Assembly: GCA_963845535.1 (NCBI GenBank)
Contig: CAWJSK010000015.1
Span: forward strand, 96,001 to 160,000
From: an uncultured Spirochaetota bacterium
GTDB lineage: Bacteria; Spirochaetota; Spirochaetia; SZUA-6; Fen-1364
Direction of reading: 5' to 3'
Length of the DNA stretch: 64,000 nt
Positions 9,915-19,256 of this stretch are shown here, piece after piece (positions within the stretch are counted from its first letter, which is position 1; the number at the start of each line of letters is the position of its first letter). The position numbers and the translations under genes are program-made. The notes below the pieces were generated by a model. It was not told the DNA's origin. It saw only the letters and a program-made list of their open reading frames with translations, and ran no database searches.

Positions 9915-10066
9915 ACCAGCCGGTCCCATGACACCGGCTGTAAAATTCCATTGACCGAAAAATCATTCTCCTGATGATATCTTCCTGGCATGGCGTGCTT
10001 TACCCTTTCGGGACAGGGCCGAGGACCGCGGCCCGCCGAAGAACCAGGACAGCGTAGGGGTGTGAC

Positions 10067-10312
10067 GTGGAGGAAAAGATCGCCGAGTGCGCCGAGAGGA
10101 TCTGGACTCTGCTGGAGCAGGCTCAGGAGGTGAACATCCTTCGGCTGTCGGAGTTGCTGGGGGAGAGGAACGTGGTTGCCTACCAGGCGCTGGGATGGCT
10201 GGCACGGGAGAAGAAAATTCATTACGCGCAAAGAGGGAGCCAGGTTTTCATATCGCGTGAAGAGGAGGCCGATGCGCCTCCTGATCGAAGATCGTCGAGG
10301 AGGCGTGCATGA
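10067..10312 (+). CDS. Small winged-helix protein (DUF2582-like)
   Basis: IAECAERIWTLL...AYQALGWLAREKKI pattern. Confidence 0.75.
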   Translation: MEEKIAECAERIWTLLEQAQEVNILRLSELLGERNVVAYQALGWLAREKKIHYAQRGSQVFISREEEADAPPDRRSSRRRA

Positions 10313-12117
10313 AAAAAGGGATTTGGAGAGTCTGGGGTGTCGGGTTGGCGGCGGTTGTGCTGGCGGCGGCGCTGGTGAGCTGCCAGACGGCCAAACCAAA
10401 CACGGCGGGCAACTCCATTCAGACCGAGCAGGCGGGGCTGGCGCCCAACGGGGACAAGGCGCACGCCACCATCGATTTCACGCTGGTGTTCGCCAACACG
10501 GCGGCAATCAAGACGTGGAAGGTGGAGATGGTCAACGGGGGCAACCCGCAGAAGCAGTGGAGCGGGGACGCGAAAAGCCTGCCCTCCACCTTGACGTGGG
10601 ACGGGAAGAGCGAAAGCGCGTCCATCGCCCCCGAAGGGAACTACACGGGGAAGCTGACGGTGGACTACGGCAGCGGGACGGCAGCGGTCACCGCGGAGAG
10701 TAACTCCTTTGTCCTGGACATATCCCCGCCGACGGGGAGCGTGAGCTTTGACCCGCAGCAGTTCAGCCCTGACGCGCAGGGCGCGGTGCAGCCGGTGACG
10801 GTGAACATCAAGGGCAGCAGCGCGGTGGCCAAGATGGATAGCTGGTCGCTGGACATCATGGACCCGAATGGGACGGTGTTCCGCAGCTTTGACGGGAAGT
10901 GGCCCAGCGCGCAGGCGCAGTGGGACGGGAAGTCCACGAGCGGAAACATCGTGGCCCCCGGGGCATCGTACGGCGCCACGGCGACGCTGAAGGATGAGTT
11001 CGGGTTGACGGCGCAGGTGACCGGAGGGATCACGGTGGCCGGCACGCCCACCACCACGGTGGGGCAGGCTCCGGGGACCTTCCAGGTGACTCCGTTGACC
11101 ACGGGATTCTCCCCGAAGGGGACGGTGAAAGTCGAGAAGCTGTCCGTTGGCTACGGCAAGAGCGACGCGGTGAAGAGCTGGAAGCTGGAGATCCTGGATG
11201 GCAACGGATCAGCGGTGAAGACGTTCACCGGGGACGCTTCCAACATGCCCGCCACAACGAGCTGGGACGGGAACAACGACTCAGGGTCGATGTCCCCCGA
11301 GGGAGCGTACACGGCGCGGCTTTCGGTGGATTACGGCGGCGCCTACGCGGCGGGGACAACCACGAGTGACCGCTTTGTGCTGGACATCACCCCGCCGACG
11401 GGGAGCATCACGCTGTCCGAGCCGCTTTTCTCCCCCATCGAGGGCTCGCCCACCATCACGCTGACGGTGGACGCCAGCTCGCGCACGGCGAAGATCGATA
11501 GCTGGCGGATGGAAATCAATGATTCCGAGAATCACCTGTTCAAGGCGTTCGAGGCGAAATGGCCCACCAAGGACGCGGTGTGGAACGGCAAGGGGATCAA
11601 CGGTGACCTGGTGCAGTCCGCGGAGGACTACCCGGTGGTGGCGATGGTCAGGGACGAGTACGGCAACGCGGGAGAGCTGAAGTCAACGGTGCCGGTGGAT
11701 ATCCTGGTGGAGAAGACGGCCACGGGGTTCAGGATCTTGAGCTCGCGGATCTTCTTCAAGGCGTACACCGCGAACTACCAGGACGTCAGGCCTGACCTGG
11801 CGGCGCAGAACCTGCAGCGGTTGAATGACCTGGGGGCCAAGCTGAAGAAGTTCCCCAACTACAGGATCAAGCTCGTCGGGCACGCGGTGATGATCCACTG
11901 GGACAACAAGGCGCTGGGGGACATCGAGCAGCGGGACGTGCTGATACCGCTGTCTCAGGCGCGGGCGGAAGCCATCAAAAAGGCGCTTGTTGACCGGGGG
12001 TTGAATGATTCGATGTTCACCACCCAGGGGGTGGGGGCGTCGGACCAGTTGGTGCCTGACAGCAACCTGGCTGACCGGTGGCAGAACCGCAGGGTGGCCT
12101 TCTTCCTGGAGAAGTAA
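10309..12117 (+). CDS. OmpA-family lipoprotein with four FlgD-like Ig repeats
   Basis: Lipobox LVSC; repeated W-D/N-G-K/N modules; C-terminal OmpA domain LSQARAEAI...QNRRV. Confidence 0.85.
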   Translation: MKKGIWRVWGVGLAAVVLAAALVSCQTAKPNTAGNSIQTEQAGLAPNGDKAHATIDFTLVFANTAAIKTWKVEMVNGGNPQKQWSGDAKSLPSTLTWDGKSESASIAPEGNYTGKLTVDYGSGTAAVTAESNSFVLDISPPTGSVSFDPQQFSPDAQGAVQPVTVNIKGSSAVAKMDSWSLDIMDPNGTVFRSFDGKWPSAQAQWDGKSTSGNIVAPGASYGATATLKDEFGLTAQVTGGITVAGTPTTTVGQAPGTFQVTPLTTGFSPKGTVKVEKLSVGYGKSDAVKSWKLEILDGNGSAVKTFTGDASNMPATTSWDGNNDSGSMSPEGAYTARLSVDYGGAYAAGTTTSDRFVLDITPPTGSITLSEPLFSPIEGSPTITLTVDASSRTAKIDSWRMEINDSENHLFKAFEAKWPTKDAVWNGKGINGDLVQSAEDYPVVAMVRDEYGNAGELKSTVPVDILVEKTATGFRILSSRIFFKAYTANYQDVRPDLAAQNLQRLNDLGAKLKKFPNYRIKLVGHAVMIHWDNKALGDIEQRDVLIPLSQARAEAIKKALVDRGLNDSMFTTQGVGASDQLVPDSNLADRWQNRRVAFFLEK

Positions 12118-12154
12118 GCAGAGGCTTTTGCAGCAGGCAGAGGCTTTTGAAATG

Positions 12155-12182
12155 GAAGGGGCCGCCGAAAGGCGGTCCCTTC
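12155..12182. terminator. GC hairpin between convergent genes, probable terminator
   Basis: gaaggggccgcc-gaaa-ggcggtcccttc. Confidence 0.65.
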
Positions 12183-12197
12183 TTCCCCAGCCGCTCT

Positions 12198-13735
12198 CTA
12201 TCTGCTCATCCCAATCGTTACGTCAGTGCCTTTCCTGTTGATCTTGAATGTGACGTCCTTCCTCGCTGTGTCGTTCAGGAGCTTGTAGAAGTCCATGATC
12301 GTGTGAACGTCGCGTCCGTTGATCTGGCCGACGACATCCCCCGGCCGAAGACCCGCAATCGAGGCGGGACTTTCATTATCCGCTGAGTCGCTGCCGGGCA
12401 AGTACGCCACCACCACGCCTTCAACGCCCTTGGCGAGCCCGGCGTCCTGCCTGATCTGGTCGTTGATGCGCACAACGGTGACTCCCGGCCAGAGGTACTT
12501 GTAGGACGTGACGTCGCTCGTGTCATCAGGACGAACGCCCAGTGAGATCGGGAGCCTCATCTTCTCTCCATAGCGGACAATCTCGAAGTCATACGGGCGG
12601 CCGGCAATGAGGTCCCCCACTGCCTGGATCAAGTGGTCACGGTCAGGGATGTCTTCGCCGTTCACCCGGGTTATGTAATCCCCGGGAAGCATCCCTCCCT
12701 TTTCCGCCGGGGAGTTGTGGTATACGTTGATGACGAGAGCGCCCTTCACGCCGGTCACTTTCAGGTCCCGGGCCACGCCGGGGTAGGAGTCATTGTTCGG
12801 GTCCGAAGCCTGGATGTCGTCCGGCATGACTCCGAGCCATCCGTATTCCACCTTCCCTTTCGAGATGAAATCATCGATGGCCTTCTTGGCATTGTTGACG
12901 GGAATGGCGAACCCCAGCCCGACGCTCCCGCCCGTGGGCGCCGCGATCCAGGTGTTGATTCCCACAACTTCTCCTCTCACGTTCACGAGCGCCCCGCCTG
13001 AGTTGCCCTGGTTGATGGCCGCGTCCGTTTGGATGTAGTCCGTGTTCGGCGCCACCTGGCCGCTGGGTCCGCGCCTGCCCAGCGCGCTCACGATTCCCAT
13101 GGTGATGGTGTTCTCGAACCCGAGCGGGTTCCCGACGGCAAGCACGATGTCCCCCACCTGCAGCAGATTCGAGTCGCCGAGGTCAGCAACGGGGAGGGCA
13201 TCCCTGCTGTCGAAGGAGACCACCGCCAGGTCCTTGCGCGGGTCTGTGCCGACCACTTTCGCCTTGAAGACCCGCTGGTCCGCAAGCTTCACGCTGATGT
13301 TCGTTGCCTGGTCCACGACGTGGTTGTTCGTGAGGATGTAGTAAGTCCCGGGCCCCTTCTTCACGAGGATCCCCGACCCGAGGCCGCTCCTCCTGAACTG
13401 CCTCTCTCCCCCCTGCCTCCGCCCGGGGGCTGGTTGAAGAACCAGTCGAAGGGCGACTGCATGGGAGCGTTCTGCTTCACGACTTCCGTGACGTCGATCT
13501 CAACCACGACGGGAAGCACCTTCTTGGCCACTTCCCGGAATGAGTATTGAATGGTTTCGAGGTTTTTCGTCGCTTCCGCCAGGGCCTGGGGGTTGGGCGA
13601 GCTGGTGAGAGTGCCGGTTTGCGACGCGCCCTGGCCGCTCACCGCCTCCGCTCTGCCGGACGCGTATGCCAGGCCCGCGGCGCCGAGAAGCGCGGCAAGG
13701 CCGATGCATACTATCCGGTCCGTCCTTTTTCTCAT
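12198..13735 (-). pseudogene. htrA: Do/HtrA serine protease with 2 PDZ domains, split by a 1-nt frameshift near 13410 (likely sequencing error)
   Basis: N-part (signal peptide, LPVVVEIDV, PFDWFF) in ORF 13361-14155; shifting frame at the C6 run 13408-13413 restores ERQFRRSGLGSGILV, then TNNHVV, KDLAV and GNSGGAL. Confidence 0.85.
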
Positions 13736-13812
13736 GAGAACACCTCCACCGAAAAGATACAGAATACTCGCACAAAGATACAGGATGCTCGTCCCCGATA
13801 TGGCCTTGCCAT

Positions 13813-13828
13813 TGTTAATTTTCCTTAA
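13813..13828. promoter_or_regulatory. TTAA-N6-TTAA box upstream of htrA copy 1
   Basis: tgttaattttccttaa; matches 17161-17176 at 15 of 16 positions. Confidence 0.55.
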
Positions 13829-13850
13829 TCTACTACCCGTACAGCGTGCC

Positions 13851-14644
13851 ATGAACAACGAGCAGATCAAATCCACCCTGCAGACGCTGCGCGCAACGGC
13901 CGAGGACTTCACCGTCATCCTCTCCGGCAAGAAGAGCCGCAAGGTCCACGGCCTGTACAAGCCTGACAGCCGTGAGATCATCATCCACAACAAGAACTTC
14001 ACCAACGACAACGAGCTCCTGTACACGGCCATCCACGAGTACGCGCACCACATCCAGTTCACGACATCGGCGACCCCTCCGTCCGCCCGCACCCACACCA
14101 CGGCGTTCTGGAATCTTTTCCACACCCTCCTTTTCGAGGCGGAGGGAAAGGGCATCTACACGAATCCATTCGAACAGATCGAGGAGCTGCGTGACCTTAC
14201 GCGGCGCATCCGTGAGAAGTTCCTCGCCCCAAGCGGATCCCTGATGAAGGAGCTGGGGAAGCTCCTCATCCAGGCGCATGGCATCTGTGAGAAGCACGGC
14301 ACGAACTTCTCCGATTACCTCGACCGGGTCCTCTCCCTGCCGCGCGCCAGCGCCCAGCTCATCATGAAATCCCACACCCTGGATATCGACCCCCGGGTCG
14401 GCTTCGAGAACATGCGAAGCCTTGCTGGGATCCGCGATAACGGGTCCCGGGGGCGGGCGCAGGCGGAGCTGCTGGAAGGGCATTCGCCTGACATGGTGAA
14501 GGCGAAGTACTCCGAGCGCCCGGCGCCCGGGATCCCCGTCAGGCCCTGCAGCGGGAGCGCGAGCGCCTGGAACGGATGATCGAGCGCCTTCGCAAGCGCC
14601 TGAAGGAGATTGAAAAGCGCATCGAAGCGTCAGGGAAGGAGTGA
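13851..14644 (+). CDS. Conserved hypothetical protein with an HExxH (SprT-like zincin) motif; probable frameshift near 14520
   Basis: YTAIHEYAHH followed by a later His; the alternative frame gives a coiled-coil tail DPRQALQRERERLERMIERL...GKE* ending at 14644 (ORF as read ends at 14579). Confidence 0.7.
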
Positions 14645-15670
14645 TGTCGTGGAGAGGCCGGCGAGCGCAGCCTCACTGCCGTCCACGCGGCTCATCATGA
14701 GCGCAAAATCTGCGGGTATGGCTGACCTGATGAGCGTGCGTTCGCCGGTGAAAGGGTGGACGAACTCGGATGCCTCGGCGTGGAGGCAGTGGCGGCACGG
14801 GAATGAGCCGTCCGGTCCCGTGCCGCCGCTCTTCTGATACTCCAGAAACAGAGATTCATCCTTGTAGAGGAGGTCTCCCCAGACCGGGTGTCCGATGGCA
14901 GAAAGATGAGCCCTGATCTGGTGCTGGCGTCCAGTCCGGGGAAAGACGGCCAGGAGCGTGTACGCCGCAAAGCGGCGCAGCACGGTGAAGTCAGTGACCG
15001 ACGCACGGCCGCTCTCACGCGGCGTGACGCGCAGCCGTGTGTTGCTGGACGGATCAGGTCCCAGAGGGAGATCGATCCGGCCCTGGTCATTCGCGACGAC
15101 CCCTTCCACCAGCGCAATGTATCTCTTGATGATCCTTCCGCCCGCGGCAAGGTCCTGCATCCGGCGCAGGGCGCCGCCGGTCTTTGCAGCGAGAATCACG
15201 CCGCTCGTGAAGACGTCGAGCCTGTTGACCAGCCGGGGATAGAACTCTCCGTCCGAGCCGAGGCTCGCGCGGACCTCCGCGGCGAACCGCTCGCGCACGA
15301 ACTGGATGACCGTGTCGCTCTGGAACCTGCCCGTGGGATGCGACGCGACTCCGGCCGGCTTGTCCACGGCGATGATGTGCTCGTCCTGATAGAGGATTGC
15401 GAACTGTCGGCAGGGCCCGGATGACGGCGCGCTTCTCCAGAACACCGTGATGATGTCCCCGGCGCGAAGCCTTGCGGATGTCGCATACCGCCGTCCGTTG
15501 AGGAGGGACTCGCCTGTCTGTATCTTCTGGCGGATCCGCGTGCGAGAGACGGAGGGCAGCGCAAAGGCAAGGAAAGCATCAGCCCTCAAGCCGCTGAGCG
15601 CGGGCTCGACAGCCAGGAAGGAGGGGGACGGGGCAGCTTCAGGCGCCCGGCCCCCCTGGTCCGGGCTCAC
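14630..15670 (-). CDS. RluA/RluD family pseudouridine synthase
   Basis: S4-like N-terminus; VDKPAG; NRLDVFTSG catalytic Asp; TGRQHQIRAH; GHPVWGD. Confidence 0.92.
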   Translation of the reverse strand: MSPDQGGRAPEAAPSPSFLAVEPALSGLRADAFLAFALPSVSRTRIRQKIQTGESLLNGRRYATSARLRAGDIITVFWRSAPSSGPCRQFAILYQDEHIIAVDKPAGVASHPTGRFQSDTVIQFVRERFAAEVRASLGSDGEFYPRLVNRLDVFTSGVILAAKTGGALRRMQDLAAGGRIIKRYIALVEGVVANDQGRIDLPLGPDPSSNTRLRVTPRESGRASVTDFTVLRRFAAYTLLAVFPRTGRQHQIRAHLSAIGHPVWGDLLYKDESLFLEYQKSGGTGPDGSFPCRHCLHAEASEFVHPFTGERTLIRSAIPADFALMMSRVDGSEAALAGLSTTSLLP

Positions 15671-17097
15671 GGGCTGAGCCCTATGCTGATGTCCTTTCCG
15701 TTCCGTAGTATCCCGAAGGTGACCGTGCGCCGGGCGGAGTCGTTCAACGCCTTGTAGTAATCCATCATGGAGCGCACCGCCCTGCCGTTGATGGACGTGA
15801 TGATGTCTGCGGTCTGGATTCCCGCCACGGCGGCCGGGGTATTCTGATCAGGCATGTCCCCGACAATGACTCCGCGGACGCCTCGAGGGATGGTCTGGTC
15901 CTGGCGCACTTCATCCGTGATGGGGATGGCGGTCAGCCCCGGCCACAGGTTCTTCGACTGGGCCACCCGGTCCTGGTCATCACGTCTCCCGATGGTCACG
16001 CGCACGGTGAAGGGCCTTCCGTAACGCATGACGGTGAACTCCTCGGAGTCACCCGCGCGCAGGGACCCGATGACCTGGCTGAGCTCGTCTTTGTCGTGGA
16101 CGACCTTTCCGTTCATCCTCGTCACGAAGTCCCCGGGGAGGAGCCCCGCGCGGTCAGCGGGGGAGCCCCGATACAGGTTCCATATGAACGCCCCCTTCGT
16201 GCCGTCCACTTTCAGGTCTTTCGCGATTGCCAGGGACGGGCCGCTGTCCTGGATGTCCCCGATCTGCACGCCGAGCCACCCGTACTCGACCCGGCCCTTT
16301 GAAATGAAGTCGTCAATGGCCTGCCGGGCGTTGTTGATAGGTATGGCGAATCCGAGCCCGACGTTCCCTCCGCTGGGGGCGGCAATCCACGTGTTCATGC
16401 CGATCACCTGGCCGCGGATGTTCACGAGGGCGCCGCCGGAGTTGCCCTGGTTGATCGGCGCGTCCGTCTGCACATAGTCGGTGTAGGTGGCTACGTCGCT
16501 CGTGGGGGCCCGGCGTCCTATCGCGCTCACGATCCCCATTGTCACCGAGGATGTGAACCCCAGGGGATTGCCGACGGCAAACACGATGTCGCCGACCTCA
16601 AGCGTGTTGGAATCCCCCAGCTCGGCGATGCCCACGTCATCCCCGGTTTGGAATGAGACGAGCGCCACATCCTTGCGCGGGTCCGTACCGACGACTTTCG
16701 CCTTGAAGATGCGGCCGTCGTTCGTCTTGACGCTGATGTCCGTGGCATCCTTGACCACGTGGTTGTTGGTCAGCACATAGATGACGTTCCCTGCCCTGCG
16801 CACGATGATTCCGGACCCCAGGCCGGACTGGCGGAACGATCGCTCTCCGCCGTTGGGCTGCGGCTGGCCGAAGAACCAATCGAAAGGAAGCTCCAGTTGC
16901 GGCAGTCTCTGCTTGATCACTTCCGTGACGTCGATCTCGACGACGACGGGAAGCACCTTTTGCGCCACCGCCCGGAAAGCAGTCTGCATGGACTGAAGCG
17001 CGCCGGGGACCTGGGCAGAGACGAACGTCGGGACGGCGAGCAAGAGCACCGTGGCCAGGAGCGCCGCTTTTCGCGGCGTCGCACTTCTCATTTTCAT
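15667..17097 (-). CDS. htrA: Do/HtrA serine protease with 2 PDZ domains
   Basis: Signal peptide; GLGSG; TNNHVV; KDVAL; GNSGGAL; GWLGV; GGGAGG RBS. Confidence 0.95.
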   Translation of the reverse strand: MKMRSATPRKAALLATVLLLAVPTFVSAQVPGALQSMQTAFRAVAQKVLPVVVEIDVTEVIKQRLPQLELPFDWFFGQPQPNGGERSFRQSGLGSGIIVRRAGNVIYVLTNNHVVKDATDISVKTNDGRIFKAKVVGTDPRKDVALVSFQTGDDVGIAELGDSNTLEVGDIVFAVGNPLGFTSSVTMGIVSAIGRRAPTSDVATYTDYVQTDAPINQGNSGGALVNIRGQVIGMNTWIAAPSGGNVGLGFAIPINNARQAIDDFISKGRVEYGWLGVQIGDIQDSGPSLAIAKDLKVDGTKGAFIWNLYRGSPADRAGLLPGDFVTRMNGKVVHDKDELSQVIGSLRAGDSEEFTVMRYGRPFTVRVTIGRRDDQDRVAQSKNLWPGLTAIPITDEVRQDQTIPRGVRGVIVGDMPDQNTPAAVAGIQTADIITSINGRAVRSMMDYYKALNDSARRTVTFGILRNGKDISIGLSP

Positions 17098-17160
17098 CAA
17101 AGAAAACCTCCCCAGCAAAGTATACCTACACGGTTCGTGAGGTGTTATCAATATGATGGA

Positions 17161-17176
17161 TGTTAATTTTCGTTAA
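17161..17176. promoter_or_regulatory. TTAA-N6-TTAA box upstream of htrA copy 2
   Basis: tgttaattttcgttaa. Confidence 0.55.
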
Positions 17177-17288
17177 CGTGAGGCGCAGCGGGAATTTTTT
17201 GCGCGGCTCGAATTGACACTCCAGCGGCGGGGGGATACCCTTTTGGAGGGATGGAGGGCCGTTCACTGGCTTACATCCGGAGATTGCC

Positions 17289-19250
17289 ATGAAAACAAAC
17301 AAGAAACTGGTCCTGGCCCTCGTGTGCCTGCTGATTGCGCTGGCATGCGCCTCCTCTGCGTGGGCGGATCCGCCTGACAGGGTGGGCCGCCTCAACCTTA
17401 TTTCAGGAACGGTTTCATTCCACCCTGGCAGCCTCGAGGACTGGGTCCCGGCAACGTTGAACTATCCGCTCACCACGGGGGACAACCTGTGGACGGACCA
17501 GGACGGGGAAGCGGAGATCCACGTCGACTCCACGGCCATCCGCCTGGCCTCCAATACGGAGTTCTCCTTCCTGAACCTCGATGACCAGACCATACAGATC
17601 CAGCTTTCCACGGGATCGCTCAACATCAGGCTGCGCCGCCTGGATCCCAACGAGGTTGTGGAGATCGACACGCCGAACTCCAGCCTCTCCCTGACAAGGC
17701 CGGGCAGCTACCGCATCGACGTGCAGGAAACAGGGGACACGAGCCTTACGGTACGCTCAGGCGAGGCGGGGGGCACCGCCGGTGACTCCTCGTTCTCTGC
17801 GTTCCCTGAGCAGTCGGTCGACATATCAGGCCTGGACTCCCCGAGCTATGACGTGGCGGCTGCGGATCCACCTGATGAGTGGGACCAGTGGTGTGAGGCC
17901 CGGGACCGCGCGGAGGACAGAATGGTCTCAGCGCAGTACGTGCCTCGGGAGATGAACGGGATCGAGGACCTGGATGCAAACGGCACGTGGCGCGTCGTTC
18001 CGGGGTACGGGCCCGTGTGGCAGCCCACCGTGGTTGTCGCGGGATGGGCGCCGTATCGCTACGGTCATTGGGCCTGGGTGGACCCGTGGGGATGGACCTG
18101 GGTGGATGACGCCCCGTGGGGTTTTGCTCCCTTTCATTACGGCCGGTGGGCTTTCATCGGGGGGGCCTGGGGGTGGATTCCGGGAAGGATCGTGACGCGA
18201 CCGGTGTACGCTCCCGCGCTCGTGGTCTTTGTCGGAGGCAACGGATGGGGGTCCTCACACGTTGCCGGGGGCGGCGTCGCGTGGTTCCCTCTGGGTCCGC
18301 GTGAGCCGTATATCCCTCCTTATACCGTCAGCAACACCTACGTGCGCAACGTCAACATCAGCCACGTGACCGTTGTGAGCGTGACGTCAGTCAACGTCAC
18401 CACGTATCGCTACGTGAACAGGTCCGTGCCAGGCGCGGTTGTGGCCGTGCCCAACCAGGCGTTCGTCCGGGCCCAGCCCGTGAACAGTTCGGCATTTGTC
18501 GTATCCAACACAGAGGTCATGCAGGCTCCCGTCAGGGGGACCTACGCTCCCATGGCGCCGGAGCGGGAGAGCGTCCTGGGCCGCCCCATGGTGGGTCAGG
18601 CGGCTCGACCCCCGGCCGCGGTGATGTCGCGGCGCATCGTTGTCCGCACGGCCCCGCCTCCTCCACCGGTGCCTTTCGCGGCGCGGCAGCAGGCGCTCCA
18701 GGCGCACCCGGGCCGACCTCTTGATCCCGGCGCGCTTCAGACCTTGAGAAGAGAGTCTCCGGGACCGGCTCCCCGCGTCATTGTCGTGAGCCCGCAGCCC
18801 CGCGGCCAGGGACCTCAACGGGTCCAGGGAGGGCAGGGTCAGCAGCCGGTGAATCCCCAGGGGCCCCAGCCGCAACCGGGCCAGAGGGTGGTCAATCCGG
18901 GGCAGCCCCGGGTTCAACCGGGGCAGCCGGGCCCGCGACCTCAGCCGGCGCCGCAGCCGGCGCCGCAGTCAGGACCGCGCGTACAGCCAGGCGCGCAGCC
19001 CGGACCCCGGGTCCAGACGGGCGGGCAGGGACAGCAGGGCCCCGTGGTAAAGCAGCCCGGACCGCGAGCCCAGCCTGGGGTACGGCGCGGGCCGCAGGGG
19101 CAGGTTGTGCCTCCGGGGAGCGGGCCGGCGGTGAAGCCGCAGGGCGGCTCGCGGCAGAATCCGGGCGCCTCCAATGACGACCTGCTGAAAAAGAAGGTTC
19201 CGCAGGACCAGGGAGGGCAGGGTCAGCCCGGCGGACCGGGCGGCCACTAA
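17289..19250 (+). CDS. Secreted FecR-like/DUF6600-type protein with a Pro/Gln/Gly-rich tail
   Basis: DPPDRVGRL; NYPLTTGD; Trp-rich WAPYRYGHWAWVDPWGWTWVDDAPWGFAPFHYGRW; low-complexity C-terminus. Confidence 0.8.
   Translation: MKTNKKLVLALVCLLIALACASSAWADPPDRVGRLNLISGTVSFHPGSLEDWVPATLNYPLTTGDNLWTDQDGEAEIHVDSTAIRLASNTEFSFLNLDDQTIQIQLSTGSLNIRLRRLDPNEVVEIDTPNSSLSLTRPGSYRIDVQETGDTSLTVRSGEAGGTAGDSSFSAFPEQSVDISGLDSPSYDVAAADPPDEWDQWCEARDRAEDRMVSAQYVPREMNGIEDLDANGTWRVVPGYGPVWQPTVVVAGWAPYRYGHWAWVDPWGWTWVDDAPWGFAPFHYGRWAFIGGAWGWIPGRIVTRPVYAPALVVFVGGNGWGSSHVAGGGVAWFPLGPREPYIPPYTVSNTYVRNVNISHVTVVSVTSVNVTTYRYVNRSVPGAVVAVPNQAFVRAQPVNSSAFVVSNTEVMQAPVRGTYAPMAPERESVLGRPMVGQAARPPAAVMSRRIVVRTAPPPPPVPFAARQQALQAHPGRPLDPGALQTLRRESPGPAPRVIVVSPQPRGQGPQRVQGGQGQQPVNPQGPQPQPGQRVVNPGQPRVQPGQPGPRPQPAPQPAPQSGPRVQPGAQPGPRVQTGGQGQQGPVVKQPGPRAQPGVRRGPQGQVVPPGSGPAVKPQGGSRQNPGASNDDLLKKKVPQDQGGQGQPGGPGGH
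18810..19140 (+). repeat. Imperfect coding repeats (GPRVQPG / QPGP / PQPA)
   Basis: Visible in the translation; includes tandem cagccggcgccg units at about 18942-18968. Confidence 0.6.
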
Positions 19251-19256
19251 GCTTTT

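Noticed and set aside
12118..12149. 13-bp direct repeat gcagaggcttttg x2 as an insertion scar
   Set aside because: Only 6 nt lie between the copies and no element is present; cannot be distinguished from a small local duplication
13813..17176. CtrA box
   Set aside because: The spacing is N6 rather than N7, and CtrA is alphaproteobacterial
18810..19250. Repeat-like DNA as a possible CRISPR array
   Set aside because: The repeats are imperfect, codon-phased and inside an ORF, with no constant repeat-spacer period and no cas genes
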